A stretch of DNA of 61,463 bases, filler included, from Hausera hauseri (Eukaryota), in the NCBI GenBank assembly GCA_046269625.1. It is 11 parts of 11 records of this genome, joined end to end, with 100 filler letters (N's around TTAATTAATTAA, not from the genome) between each part and the next. Parts side by side here need not be neighbours in the genome. Positions count along the whole stretch, not along the records: positions 16,603 to 28,561 come from JBJURY010058884.1; positions 28,662 to 32,663 come from JBJURY010827083.1; positions 32,764 to 38,073 come from JBJURY010283171.1; 8 more parts are not named here. The stretch is one strand, 5' to 3'. This document shows positions 23,261-34,288 of this stretch, one piece after another. Under the pieces are notes generated by a model that was given only the letters and a program-made list of their open reading frames with translations, was not told the DNA's origin and searched no databases. Each line of letters opens with the position of its first letter. Position 1 is the stretch's first letter. The translations under genes were made by a program, and so were the position numbers.

Positions 23261-25960
23261 ATGGTGAATTTTTAATTGCGCTCCTCGAATAATTGTACTT
23301 TTTCTAGAATTTCAAATCGATGACATTATACGCTTCACAAAAAATCAAAACTGCGATTCCTATACGTTCTGCACATCCGCAGAACTACCATGATACAATG
23401 CAGCGCTACTATTGACACACATTCAACCGGATCCAGTATTATATTTGTCTGGAATGCGAGACTGTATGCGACTTATTATACAAAATCTTTTATGAAAATC
23501 ACAAGACTCATTTTACAGATTTCAAGTCAAAGTCCAAGGAAACCATATGCAATGAGCAATATAATTCTACTGTTGCAGCTGCACAACCACTTCTAGATGC
23601 TGTACAGCCAGTTCCACACACCTCAGTGCAGCAGCAGCACATAGGATTAAAACACGCAGCAACATCACGCTCAGAAGCAGATATTCCAAATGCTCCAGCA
23701 AAAAGTCAAAGGCAGCGACCAGTTGATAGAGCAACATTGAAGTGCCATGTCCGCAACTCTGTCATATCTGCAACTAATCAAACAACGCTCCATGCATTTC
23801 TTCAATATGCAAAGGATAAAAGCATGGGGATTCTCTAAGACAACATGGTGGAGCTGAAGACCCTTAAAGTCAACTTAAAATTAGAGGTCACATATACCAG
23901 TGTTGATGGTGAAGAATCAAATAGGGCCTTCAAGATGAAAAAATATTGGAAACCACCAATATTTCAGAATGGCTGTATGAAGAACACGCGAAGCTGATAC
24001 GTGAAGCTGAGGAGAACCTGGACAAGAAGAACGGCTGGACTCTGGCAACTATAAAGAGATTGCTTGTGTTTGTACACAAGTACTCCGCAATGCAGAGCAG
24101 CTCCTATATACTACTTCCAGAATTGATCGTAAGGGAAAACGCATGTATCAATGCCCTTAATGATAACAAGTTTTTTATGTATGTCATTCTATTTGAACTC
24201 GTACGGGATCAAAAACGTGCAATAGATCGAGTTTCGTTCTATAAGAATGTGCAGCACAGCTATGACTTCCAATATATCACGTTCCTGCAATCAATAGATA
24301 AAGTTAAAAATTCTGGCGATTCAACAATTTATCAATTATTATATTTGAATTGGATGAGGCGGACAAATTTTATCCGCTACAAATATGTGATGCCCAATTG
24401 AAAGATCATATGGATCTACTACTGCTAGACGATGGAGAAAATAAACATTACGTATAGATCAAGAACTTTGAGTGTCTTGTCAGATCCCAAATAACAAATC
24501 ATGAGCATGGAATTGAAATATTCAAAAGATGTTTGTCCTATTTCAGTGGCGATGCAGCTGTGGAGAAGCTGAAGGAGCATAAGATGTACTGCAACAAACA
24601 ATTATTGTATGAGGACAGAATTTTCCAAGGAGGACTATATAGAATTCAAAGAGTTCGAAAAGAAGCTCAAGGTTTCAATAGTCATCTATTGCGACTTTGA
24701 AACAATCCTGAGTCCACTTCAGAGTTGTAGTCCGAATCCTTAACATAGAAAAACAACGGAATACCAATATTACAAACTCTCGTCATTTTGTATGTATGCA
24801 AAAGACTGGACAAGGAGCCTTTTCTATTCAGAGGTCGTAATGCTGCAGCACATTTTATGAAGAGATTAGAAGATATGGCCCATATGATTGGAGTTATATT
24901 GCAGCAAGATAAGGAATTTGATACAATGGGCATGTCGAAGGAAAAAGAAGAATAATGGTGCAAGGCAGCAATATGCTACTTGTGCTCCAAATCCTTTACA
25001 GCGGAGAATCATAAAGTAAGGGATTACTGCCACTTTACAGGCACATATCGAGGTGCAACCTGCAACAATTGCTATCTACGTTGCAGAACAGTGACATTTG
25101 TGCCTGTAGTATTCCACAACCTCAGTAGCTATGATCCCCTATTTCATAATCCAAGAATTGGGAAGCATTGAAGGTAACACCGATGTGATTCCCAACAGTG
25201 AGGAGAAATATGTCATTTTTACAAAACATGTTGGAAAAGTTAGATTACGCTTCGTAGATAGTTTTCAATTTATGTTTTCTTCACTTAATAGCCTAGTGAA
25301 GAACTTCCCAGCCGAAGAACTTAAGGAGACGAAGCAGTTCTTTCCTATTGCATTTGACTTAATCAAGAGAAAAGGAGTGTTTCCTTATTATTACATCACA
25401 TCATGGAGATCAATGGATGAAACCGCATTGCCGGCCAAGTAAGGATTTTAGAGTCAGCTCTCAGATTGCGATATCAGCGATACGGATTATCAACAGGCTC
25501 AAAGGATCTGGGAATCATTCAAATGAAGAACAATAGGAGAATACAGTGATGTATACCTCAAGACGGGCATACTGCTGCTTACAGATGTCTTGAAAGCTTC
25601 CGGGATGTAACACTTGCAAGCCACAGGTTGGATACACCTCATTTCTTTACAGCTCCAGGAATGAGTTGGGCACCCATGCTGCGATATACCGGTATTAAAC
25701 TGCATATCTTGAAGGATTTTGATATGATCCTCATGATCGAGAGAGGTATTAGAGGTGCAAGGTGCTAGGCCACTCGCCGGTATAGTGAGGCTATATGATC
25801 CATCCAAAGCATCCTTATATATTACCTACTTGGATGCCAACAACCTATATGAATGGGCAATGAGTGCCCCATTACCGTATGATAACTTTCAATGGGTTAA
25901 ACATCCCGAAGATCTAGCAATACAAGATGTAGATCCCAATGGAAATACGGGCTATGTGGT
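23261..25960 (+). pseudogene. Maverick/Polinton pPolB, family B, decayed and 3'-truncated
   Basis: GWTLATIKRL, SSYILLP, YCDFET, DYCHFTGTYRGATCNNC, FVDSFQFM, RKGVFPY, motif A YLDANNLYEWAMS. Confidence 0.9.
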
Positions 25961-26357
25961 GTCCACCGCGGCTGGTGTCCTCTGATCCATTTGGTCTGGC
26001 ACGATCGGATGTCTGCTATAGCCGTGTCGGATCCATTGTCGGGCTCGATCTTCCGACTCTTTGCTGTTAGAATTCAATCCGTAAATATGGACGTTACATA
26101 AATAAAGAAACTACCTCCCGCAATACAAAAGGAAACAATGTCAGTGACAATTGGCATTTCATCAGTAGATTTATTTATAAATGGTATTTCAATCAAATTT
26201 ATTTATTTGCCATTCAACCATTTTATAAAGAAAATAAACGAAATGTCTTCACAAAAGAGTTATTTTCAATGAGTCAGTGCCCAAGGAAATGTACTTGCCG
26301 GTTATGACGGTTAGCGTTCTCATTGGAAAATGATTACTATGTATTCGGTAATAAAAA

Positions 26358-26480
26358 TGTTAGTAGTTGAAGGTGGACCCTATTCAACACCAAACTATAA
26401 CAATTATGAAACTTAAATTTAAATAGTATTTATAAGCAGATAAGTCCTAACGTTCTCGTTAGAATGTTTGCACTTGTGAG
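26358..26480 (-). mobile_element. Fragment of an LTR 3' end, same family as the LTR at 44991-45739
   Basis: Reverse complement closely matches 45620-45739 (gtgcaaacattctaacgagaacgtt...ccaccttcaactactaaca). Confidence 0.7.
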
Positions 26481-26679
26481 GAGGAATTTAAACGAATATT
26501 AATGTTTAAATTCAATTCAAAGTCAATTCAATAAATAGCCAATATAAAGTTGAGAAATTCAAAAAAAGGATGAAACTAAGACTCAGTTAATGAGTGAATG
26601 AGATAATTGTTATACAAACTTTTATAATAAATTTCTAATGCATAATTTAATCTTACAATCATCGAATGACGTTGAGGTC

Positions 26680-27520
26680 GGAATGGTAGAAACGCGATCT
26701 TCTAACAGATGTTAAGTGCCTCATTTATGGACAATTGGACATTCAAATATTTATTTTCAAATATAAACAATAGAGTTGCTTGTTTAGTTTGTAACGAAAC
26801 TATTTCCGTTTTTAAAGAATAAAATTTAAAGAGGCATTTTCAGCAAAACATTACAGATTTAAGATCTTTTCATCAGAGCAATTGAAAGTTGAAGCAGAGA
26901 AATTAAAAGTCGGCTTGTGTAAACAACGAAAAACATTGAAAAATTTGTCAAGTATTTATAAAGTTTTGACAAAAGCTAGTTATGTTGTTGCACACAAATT
27001 TCAAACCAATGCAAATCATTTTCGGACATGGAATTTGTAAAGGAGTGCCTGATATTGCTGAATTAGTATAACCTGATAAAAAACCGTCGTTTGAAAAAAT
27101 GTCTCTCGTGCAGAACACTTGTTATGTGTTGTTAATATTTCAAGCGATTTATGCCTTAAAATGAAATTAAAATCGGAAGATTGTAAATACTACGCATTAG
27201 TTTAGACGAATCATGTGGCATTACCGTTACGAGCCAATTGTTAATATTTATTCGAGGTATAAATAATAGATTTGAAATTACGGAGGAATTACTTTCTGCA
27301 TGTCGTATGAAAGGCACAACTACTGGCAAAGATATTTTTATAAGCCTACAGGAAGCTTTGAAAAAGCATAATATAAACTGGGACAAAATTGTCAACATCA
27401 CAACCGATGGTGCTCTACTTTTTCAGGAAACACTGGATTATTAAAAAGAATGTGACAAAATAAACCGTGCTCCAGGAAAAGAAATAATTTTTTACACTGT
27501 ATAAATTATCAAGAGATTCT
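26680..27520 (+). mobile_element. hAT transposase fragment (Buster/Charlie, GTF2IRD2/EPM2AIP1-like), decayed
   Basis: ACLVCNETISVFKE*NLKRH zinc finger, ISLDES, QLLIFIRGI...EELL...MKGTTTGKDIF, ITTDGA. Confidence 0.85.
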
Positions 27521-27920
27521 TTGCATAAAGCTGGAGTCAGTCTTGTTCTGGCATTTCCTGCTGCTCCTCTATGACCTCTCCCTCCCCAGACCATTGTTAC
27601 CAGAACATTCCCCACCTCCCAACACATCTTGACATTTAGGTGCCAGTCTATGTCTGGCCCCTGTCAACGTCCCTCATGTCTCACACCTACCCATTTATCA
27701 GCAGAGGTTGACTTCTGTGGAGATAATCAATGCCAGCTGTTGCAGCTGTCAGGGTTCATTTATTAGATTTTTATGTTTTAGAGGTGTGGTGAATCTTAGA
27801 AGAAACAAACTTTCTGAACAAACGACACAATCATCTAGAAACCCAGACTAATTAGATCACTCAGGAAGAAGGACACAAGGTTTAGTGTTCAACCTACCTG
27901 AATAAAAGTAACACATTAAG

Positions 27921-28253
27921 TGTCGTGATGTGTGGTAGAGACGGTGAAATAGACGCATGCAGACCCAGGTACAGAGAAGAATGATGGTGGTTTAATGATG
28001 AAAACAAGCTGAAACAGTCCAGGTGACTGGCAGAGTGGAAGCTAAGCCGAGAGCTGACGACACAGGACAAACTGACAAATAGCAGGGTAGACGCGACAAG
28101 GACCCGACAAGAGACAGAGACAACAGGTGAAATTAAATACATGGGAGTAATCACAGGAACAAGACACACCTGGGAACAATCAAGGGAGGACGGCACAGAG
28201 ACTCACAGAAAACAGAACCTAGAAAATAAACACAGAAAACTCAAATCCCCACA
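27921..28253 (-). mobile_element. Probable solo LTR of teleost Gypsy type
   Basis: Bounded by TGT...ACA with near-duplicated flanks (attaag/gttaag). Internal ttgattgttcccaggtgtgtcttgtt...tatttaa resembles fish LTRs. GC content is higher than the flanking DNA. Confidence 0.5.
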
Positions 28254-28561
28254 GTTAAGGCTTTTATCAAGAAAAAAACATAAAAACTACACAATAAAAT
28301 TCATTAGAATTTTTTATTAATCCCTTTCATAACCAAGTACATATCTCCCACCACATAAAACAAAAATGTGTTACAAAATTATACTTCATTCAATTCAGTT
28401 TGACACTTCCAGATCATTCCTTCAAACATTAGCTTTATATATGTATATATATGAACCTTATATCCAACAGAGTTAATATTTTATATCCTGTGATATTACC
28501 AAAAACAAATGATTTTAAAAAATCCCACAAAACAACTGATCATTATTAATTCCACAAATGG

Positions 28562-28661
28562 NNNNNNNNNNNNNNNNNNNNNNNNNNNNNNNNNNNNNNN
28601 NNNNNTTAATTAATTAANNNNNNNNNNNNNNNNNNNNNNNNNNNNNNNNNNNNNNNNNNNN
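28562..28661. other. Artificial contig linker
   Basis: Same 100-bp linker. Confidence 0.98.
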
Positions 28662-31610
28662 AAAGCAGTCTGGCGGCAGTGAATGTACAAAAAACTGACG
28701 ACGAATACTGTTTTCTGTACAGTATTCTGGCTGTATTGAAGTACATCGAAATGAACAGATATCATGCAAATCGTCCAAATCAGTATCGGCAGTATTTTTC
28801 CGAATTGCAATTTGATGAATACTGGATGCCGATGAAACTGAAAACCATTTCGGCATTTGAACGGCGTAATTCGGCGCTGACAATCAACATTTTCCGGTAC
28901 AACACAATAATTGAAATACCTGAAGACGAAGAAATTTATAAGAACCCCCATGTGGACATAATTTATCGCAGTCGAAACCCGAATTGACGCTCGGTAAATT
29001 TGTTGCTGTTGGAGCAGGCCGAAAAATTTCATTACGCGGCAGTGAAAAATCTGGATAGACTGTTGAACATGGAGCATGAGCAGCTCATAAAAAAGCGAAT
29101 ACGATGCAAATGGTGTCATGTATGTCTGCATAGATTCAGATCGAAAACAACGTGGGAGAAACATGTAACGCTTTGCAGGCAAAACGCATCAAGGACAACA
29201 ATATACGTCGTGCCCTTCAAAAAGGAGATTAGATTCAGTGATTGTTCTAAAACGGACAGTCCAGCATATGTGGTGTATGCCGATATCAAAGCAAGTCTAC
29301 CACGGCACAATATATACAATCAAGAGCATGTTCCAAATGCCGTTGAAATGTTGTTAGTACCAATAAAAATCGCCGGATAAGGGCAGTATTACGTTTTCCA
29401 TCCTAAGAACTGTGTTTGTGATTTCTTGAAGCAGTTGGAAACCATAGTGGAAACGGAAATTGCGCCGTGGTATCGCAGCAATTGCAATAAGCCATTGATT
29501 TTGGCAGACGAATATCAACCGTTGCTGTTTGCTGTCACCGATGAATGCTATCTGTGCCACAAAATAATACTGTTTGATGCACAGGAAGGACTCGTACCGG
29601 ATCAAGACCATTTCACCGGCTGATACTTGGGAGCATCATGCAATTCATGCAATTTATCAAGGCGAGTGAGACCACTCCTGCCAGTGATCTTTCATAATTT
29701 TCGAGGTTATGACTGCCATCATATTCTCAGATGGGCCATTAACGGCTTCCGCATTGGGAACTGTCCATAATCCCAACGACAGTGGAGAAATACCTATTGT
29801 TGTCGTAACAAGTAAACCGATTCCAGGTCCGCTTCCTTGATTCATTGCAATTTCTCAATGAATCATTGGTAAAGCTGGTAAATGCCTTGCCAGATATGCT
29901 GATAGCACTGACGCAGTTCCCTGCACATATTGCACACAGCAAAGGCATATTTCCATATGACTTTGCAACATAATATGAACGACTCCGGACAGCAGAGGAA
30001 TTACCGTCGCGATGGAAAGGTATCGCAGAAGATAAATGTCGGAGAGCATAAGAATGTTGGACAGAACTGGGCTGTAGAAACATGTTGGATTACATGCTCC
30101 AGTATCTTAAACTGGACGTGTACTTATTAACCGACGTGTTAGAAGTATTTCGGACCAAAGCGCTGGCGGAAGATAGGTTGGAGCCGCTTAACTTTTATTC
30201 CATACCGGGAATGAGTTGGGAGTCATCTCTAATGTCGCTGGATGAAGACATTGAGCTGCTGCAAGACCCGGAAATGTACCGAATGTTTAATGTTGGTATT
30301 TGCAGCGGCATGACATTTGTCAACAAGCATCAGGTCAGTGCTGTTGCTAGTACCAGTATGTATATTGATATTAATAACCTGTAAGGCTGGGCGCTTTCGC
30401 AACCCTTGCCGTACGGTTCATTTAAATGGTTAGTCTACAGACAAGATCTGGACGACATAATTGTCAACCTACTACGAGCAGACATGTCAGGCTCGGTCGG
30501 ATACCTAATGGAAGTCGATCTCGAGATACCAGATGAGTTGCATGACGTTTTGGGCATTTTATCGGTCGCACCATTTAACCAATGTCCACCAGGCTCAAAA
30601 GTGAAGAAACTGCTCATGAAGCATGAACTGAAGCTGATTTATGTGGTCTATTGGCGTCTGCTACAATTCTACATGCAGCTCGGTGTGCGCGTGACACAGC
30701 TGAATCGTGCAATCCAATTCATTCAGGATGCCATATTCAGGGCGTACATAGATGGAAATTCAGAGAAACGAGGCGCAGCTTGTACAAAATTCGAAAAGGA
30801 CTACTACAAGCTGAAAAACAATTCCCTCTACGGAAATACAGTGGAGAATCTGAAAAAGGGGCTCAATGTACGCCTATGTAACTCGGAAAAGCGGTTAATT
30901 ACGTACACCAGCAAGACACAGTTTCGGCGCTCAATGCACATTGCCGATGGATTGATTACAGTGCTGTTAAAGAGAAAAGAAGTCGTTCTGGATCGGCCAA
31001 GTTACAACGGACAAGTGGTATTGGACCTGAGAAAGTTGCGGATGTATGAGCTACAGTATCGCTACTTGGCACGTTACCGGAAAATGTTTGACGGTTGCAA
31101 TATTGACATAATTGCTGGTGACACAAACAGTTTTTTCCTGCGGCTGAAAAATGTCAATCGCGAACAGCTACTGCAGCAAATGCAGTCAGATGAATTACTG
31201 GACACGTCCAACTACCCACGGGATCATCCATTGTACAGCAGCGCGATCACCAATAAAATCGGCTGCTTCAAGGATGAAAGTGAAGGTCGTATCCAGTATC
31301 GGGAATGGATATTCCTACGCCAAAAGTGCTACAGTCTTCTGACGGACTGTGGACCGAAAATAGAGGCAAAAGGAGTCCAGCTGAGACAGACGGAAATCGG
31401 CCAGGGTGATTATCGCCGTATATATGTACCACCAGCAGCAGAAGGTGGAGGGCAATTAGTGGCTGTTCTGTCTCAAACGATCATCCGATCAATTGAGCAC
31501 CAGCTGTATACAATAACTAATGCGAAAGTCGCATTGTCATGTAATGATCATAAGTGAAAGTGGGTTGGGCGAAATAAGAATTGGGCGTATGGACATTGGA
31601 GGTTGAATTA
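28662..31610 (+). pseudogene. Maverick/Polinton pPolB, family A, decayed (5'-partial, complete C-terminus)
   Basis: NVQKTDDEYCF, YADIK, QDHFTG, KGIFPY, YIDINNL, KLKNNSLYG, IAGDTNSFF (motif C), LDTSNYP, FKDE, KCYS, AKGV. The longest piece is 30406-31557. Confidence 0.92.
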
Positions 31611-31902
31611 AAACACGTTCGGTGGTGTCAGATCAAATCAGATACAGGCAATTCAATCTGGTCTGGATATTGTGACAATTATCTTTTGCACATTGTTTTA
31701 TTTCCGTTTTAATAATGTACTTTGTTCAGTGTCTTTTGTGTTTTGTTTTCGGTTACTTACTTAACCTGTTATTATTATTAAGTACCATATAAATAAAAGT
31801 AAAGCAATAACCTTGTACGAGGAAACAAAATATGTAACACGAATACATTTATTTATTGATCGGAAAAAAGCTAAAATCACAAAAATACACAAAGTAAGTC
31901 AG

Positions 31903-32370
31903 TTAAATCGTAGGAAACTTCCCCATTTTCCATATAGGGGATTTGACGCCGCTCCTTTCCTTGAATCCTTTGAGCTTTCGTATCATGTGGCCTTTAGCTC
32001 CTTCCACTGTCAAAACTGCTGCTGCTGCTGCTTCTCCGTCATGCGAACTGACAATTTTTGCCATATTTCCTTTGAGAAAAATCGACGACGTACCTAGGAT
32101 GTCGTTACTCAACACCAAATCACAGTCAACTTTTCTAATTGTGTCTTCCATTGTATCCAACTCATCATCGCCGATCTTTTTCACCAATAAACCATATTTC
32201 ACCGGTTTAAGTTTGACTGTTTGCGTCAATGGCAATTGAATAGCGTTGCGCAGATAATGTAAGTTGTATCTATTATACAACCAGGAATTTCTGAACGAAT
32301 ATTCGCTGTACTTTGGCTTTTTTGAGAAATTCGTCGAACTGTCACCTGCTGAATTGTTTTCCAAAGACAA
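31903..32370 (-). CDS. Conserved Maverick family A gene convergent with pPolB (unknown function)
   Basis: 155-aa open frame with a clear homolog in the same position at 41375-41837 (YSFR..LY..Y.L.YLR..IQL.L; VD..LVLSNDI; EGAKG...KLKG.KE..GVK.P.WK.GKF). Confidence 0.7.
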   Translation of the reverse strand: MSLENNSAGDSSTNFSKKPKYSEYSFRNSWLYNRYNLHYLRNAIQLPLTQTVKLKPVKYGLLVKKIGDDELDTMEDTIRKVDCDLVLSNDILGTSSIFLKGNMAKIVSSHDGEAAAAAVLTVEGAKGHMIRKLKGFKERSGVKSPIWKMGKFPTI

Positions 32371-32577
32371 TTTTTAAATAAGAAAAACGTGAAATGAAAT
32401 TGCATCCATATTTATATCAAATTTGTTTATACCGGTTTGTTTTCATTGTAAACAATAGACATTTACTTTGTGAGTATTGTCTTATCACAATGATACAAAT
32501 TACCTCCGCATCTTTGAAGCCCATGACAATGTTTCGTTTTGTTATTGAAGAAGTCTTTCGTAATAAATGTGTACAAT

Positions 32578-32663
32578 TTACATTATAGCACATTTACATT
32601 CTGGACATTGGTGGATTACTTTGGTGGAACACATTTGACAAACAACGAGATGGCCGCACATTA
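32578..32663 (-). CDS. C-terminal half of an IAP/MDM2-type RING finger (5'-partial at contig edge)
   Basis: Minus strand MCGHLVVCQMCSTKVIHQCPECKCAIM* matches CGH.V.C..C...CP.C...I. Too short for the ORF track. Confidence 0.65.
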
Positions 32664-32763
32664 NNNNNNNNNNNNNNNNNNNNNNNNNNNNNNNNNNNNN
32701 NNNNNNNTTAATTAATTAANNNNNNNNNNNNNNNNNNNNNNNNNNNNNNNNNNNNNNNNNNNN
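32664..32763. other. Artificial contig linker
   Basis: Same 100-bp linker. Confidence 0.98.
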
Positions 32764-32771
32764 ATATTGAT

Positions 32772-33146
32772 ATGAAGTAAGTTTTTATATACTTGTGTAT
32801 ATTTTATACATGTAGTACATTTCAGATTGAAAAGGCCTTGGGCAAACTCAGAAATTTCCGTGGAGTATATCCATTGGATAAAGTCCCCGACTATCTTCTC
32901 GGTAGAGGATATGTGATTAACACACATTCTACTAATCTACCATGAGAAAACTGGATAGCAGTATATGTATCACCAGATAATATTCAAGTGTTTGATCCAC
33001 TTGGGATGTATTACACATCATCGCTGGAGACGAAATTGGAATGTATGTGACAACCCGTCATATACAATGATATTATGCATCAGAATCCATTGACATTTCT
33101 ATGTGGGAATTATTGTTTGGACTGGCTTAGATGCCAATGTTCATAA
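32772..33146 (+). pseudogene. Maverick adenain-like cysteine (maturation) protease with a 39-nt intron
   Basis: After removing GTAAGT...TGTAG (32777-32815): MNTFQIEKALGKLRNFRGVYPLD...YVINTH...LP*ENWIAV...VFDPLG...HQNPLTFLCGNYCL. This matches F.GV.P.D / NT / G.HW / FD..G / Q...CG.YC. Two in-frame stops; the catalytic His position is Asn. Confidence 0.8.
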
Positions 33147-33191
33147 AATTGTTATAAACGTTGTTGTGTTAATAAATGTTTCGTTGAAATA

Positions 33192-33720
33192 ATGTCCGTC
33201 TTATTTATTGACTTTGAGGGATTTGTGAATAATAATAATGATTTCATCATAAAGGAGCTATGTATAATGCCAGTGGATAATATGTTTCAGCCACTGCATT
33301 GCGTATTTGCGTAAGTGAATTTTAGTATAGTACATGTGATTTATGCTATTTTAGGCCTACACTGCATTGTTGAACAAACAAGGCTCAAGCAACAAATGCT
33401 TACTTGACCCAACATCATTACAAACTGAATTGGGAGGAATATAATACTCAGTTTTGCAGAGATTGCCTTATGCCAGATATTGGGAATGTGATATAAATGA
33501 ATCCATGTTCTATGTCAAAGAACATGCTGATGGGCGAAAGAAGATACTTCATAGCATATTTGTAAAATTGCGAATACGTGCATATGAATGTACAAAATTG
33601 GTAACTATACCAAAGAACATTACATGTATTTATCGTCAACATGGTTCACACTGCGCTTATAAAAAGTGTTTAGCGTTATATCAAAGTTATATTGTTGTGA
33701 AATGTGTTATAAAAATTAGT
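33192..33720 (+). pseudogene. Maverick-associated DEDD/DnaQ-like exonuclease-fold gene with a 44-nt intron
   Basis: MSVLFIDFEGFVNNNNDFIIKEL, intron GTAAGT...TTTTAG at 33311-33354, then FAP...NAYLTQHHYKLNWEE...CIYRQHGSHCA. One stop and a frameshift. The fold assignment is inferred from the DxEGF motif. Confidence 0.55.
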
Positions 33721-33777
33721 TGGTTTTTACTCATAAGACATAAGGCATATAATGAAAAAACATGTATTGAACAACAA

Positions 33778-34065
33778 TCACATAATAATTGTATCATCAC
33801 TGTCACTGTCACTGTAAGGTTCTGTACCTGGTAGGAAGTCATGTATGGGTTTTATCAGGAGTCCTACCCATTTTACATACAGGCACTGGTCTGCAGCATA
33901 ATGTACTACCACAAACTCGCACTTTTTCCTGCATAGCGGACACGACATTTTACTCCTTAACCATTTCTCTAGACATCCTATACAGAACGTATGTGTGTCG
34001 CACGTCGCCATTCTCATGGTCTTATCAAGCATATGCTCCCAACAAATAGGACAGGTTTTCGACAT
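33778..34065 (-). CDS. Small RING-finger (C3HC4) protein directly downstream of family B pPolB
   Basis: MSKTCPIC...CDTHTFCIGCLEKWL...CPLCR with an acidic DSDSDD tail. Likely start is the ATG at 34065; frame intact. Confidence 0.8.
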   Translation of the reverse strand: MSKTCPICWEHMLDKTMRMATCDTHTFCIGCLEKWLRSKMSCPLCRKKCEFVVVHYAADQCLYVKWVGLLIKPIHDFLPGTEPYSDSDSDDTIIM

Positions 34066-34288
34066 TTTGAAATAAAGAAAGATTAAGGCAAGTAAATGTC
34101 GCACTGTATTGATTTTTTTATTCAAATTCCAAATTTGTTGATCTTACTTGGTCTTAACCTATATAGTGGTTACTCAGATTTACTTGGCCTTGCCCTACCT
34201 TCCACATTATTTGATCAAATAAGACAACACGATATTTATATACAAGATTTATTGCAACAAAAAATAATAAAAAACAATATGTACATAT

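Noticed and set aside
28610-29182. ORFs containing X runs, and the many antisense ORFs over pPolB/pol
   Set aside because: They run into linkers or are shadows of the real coding strand.
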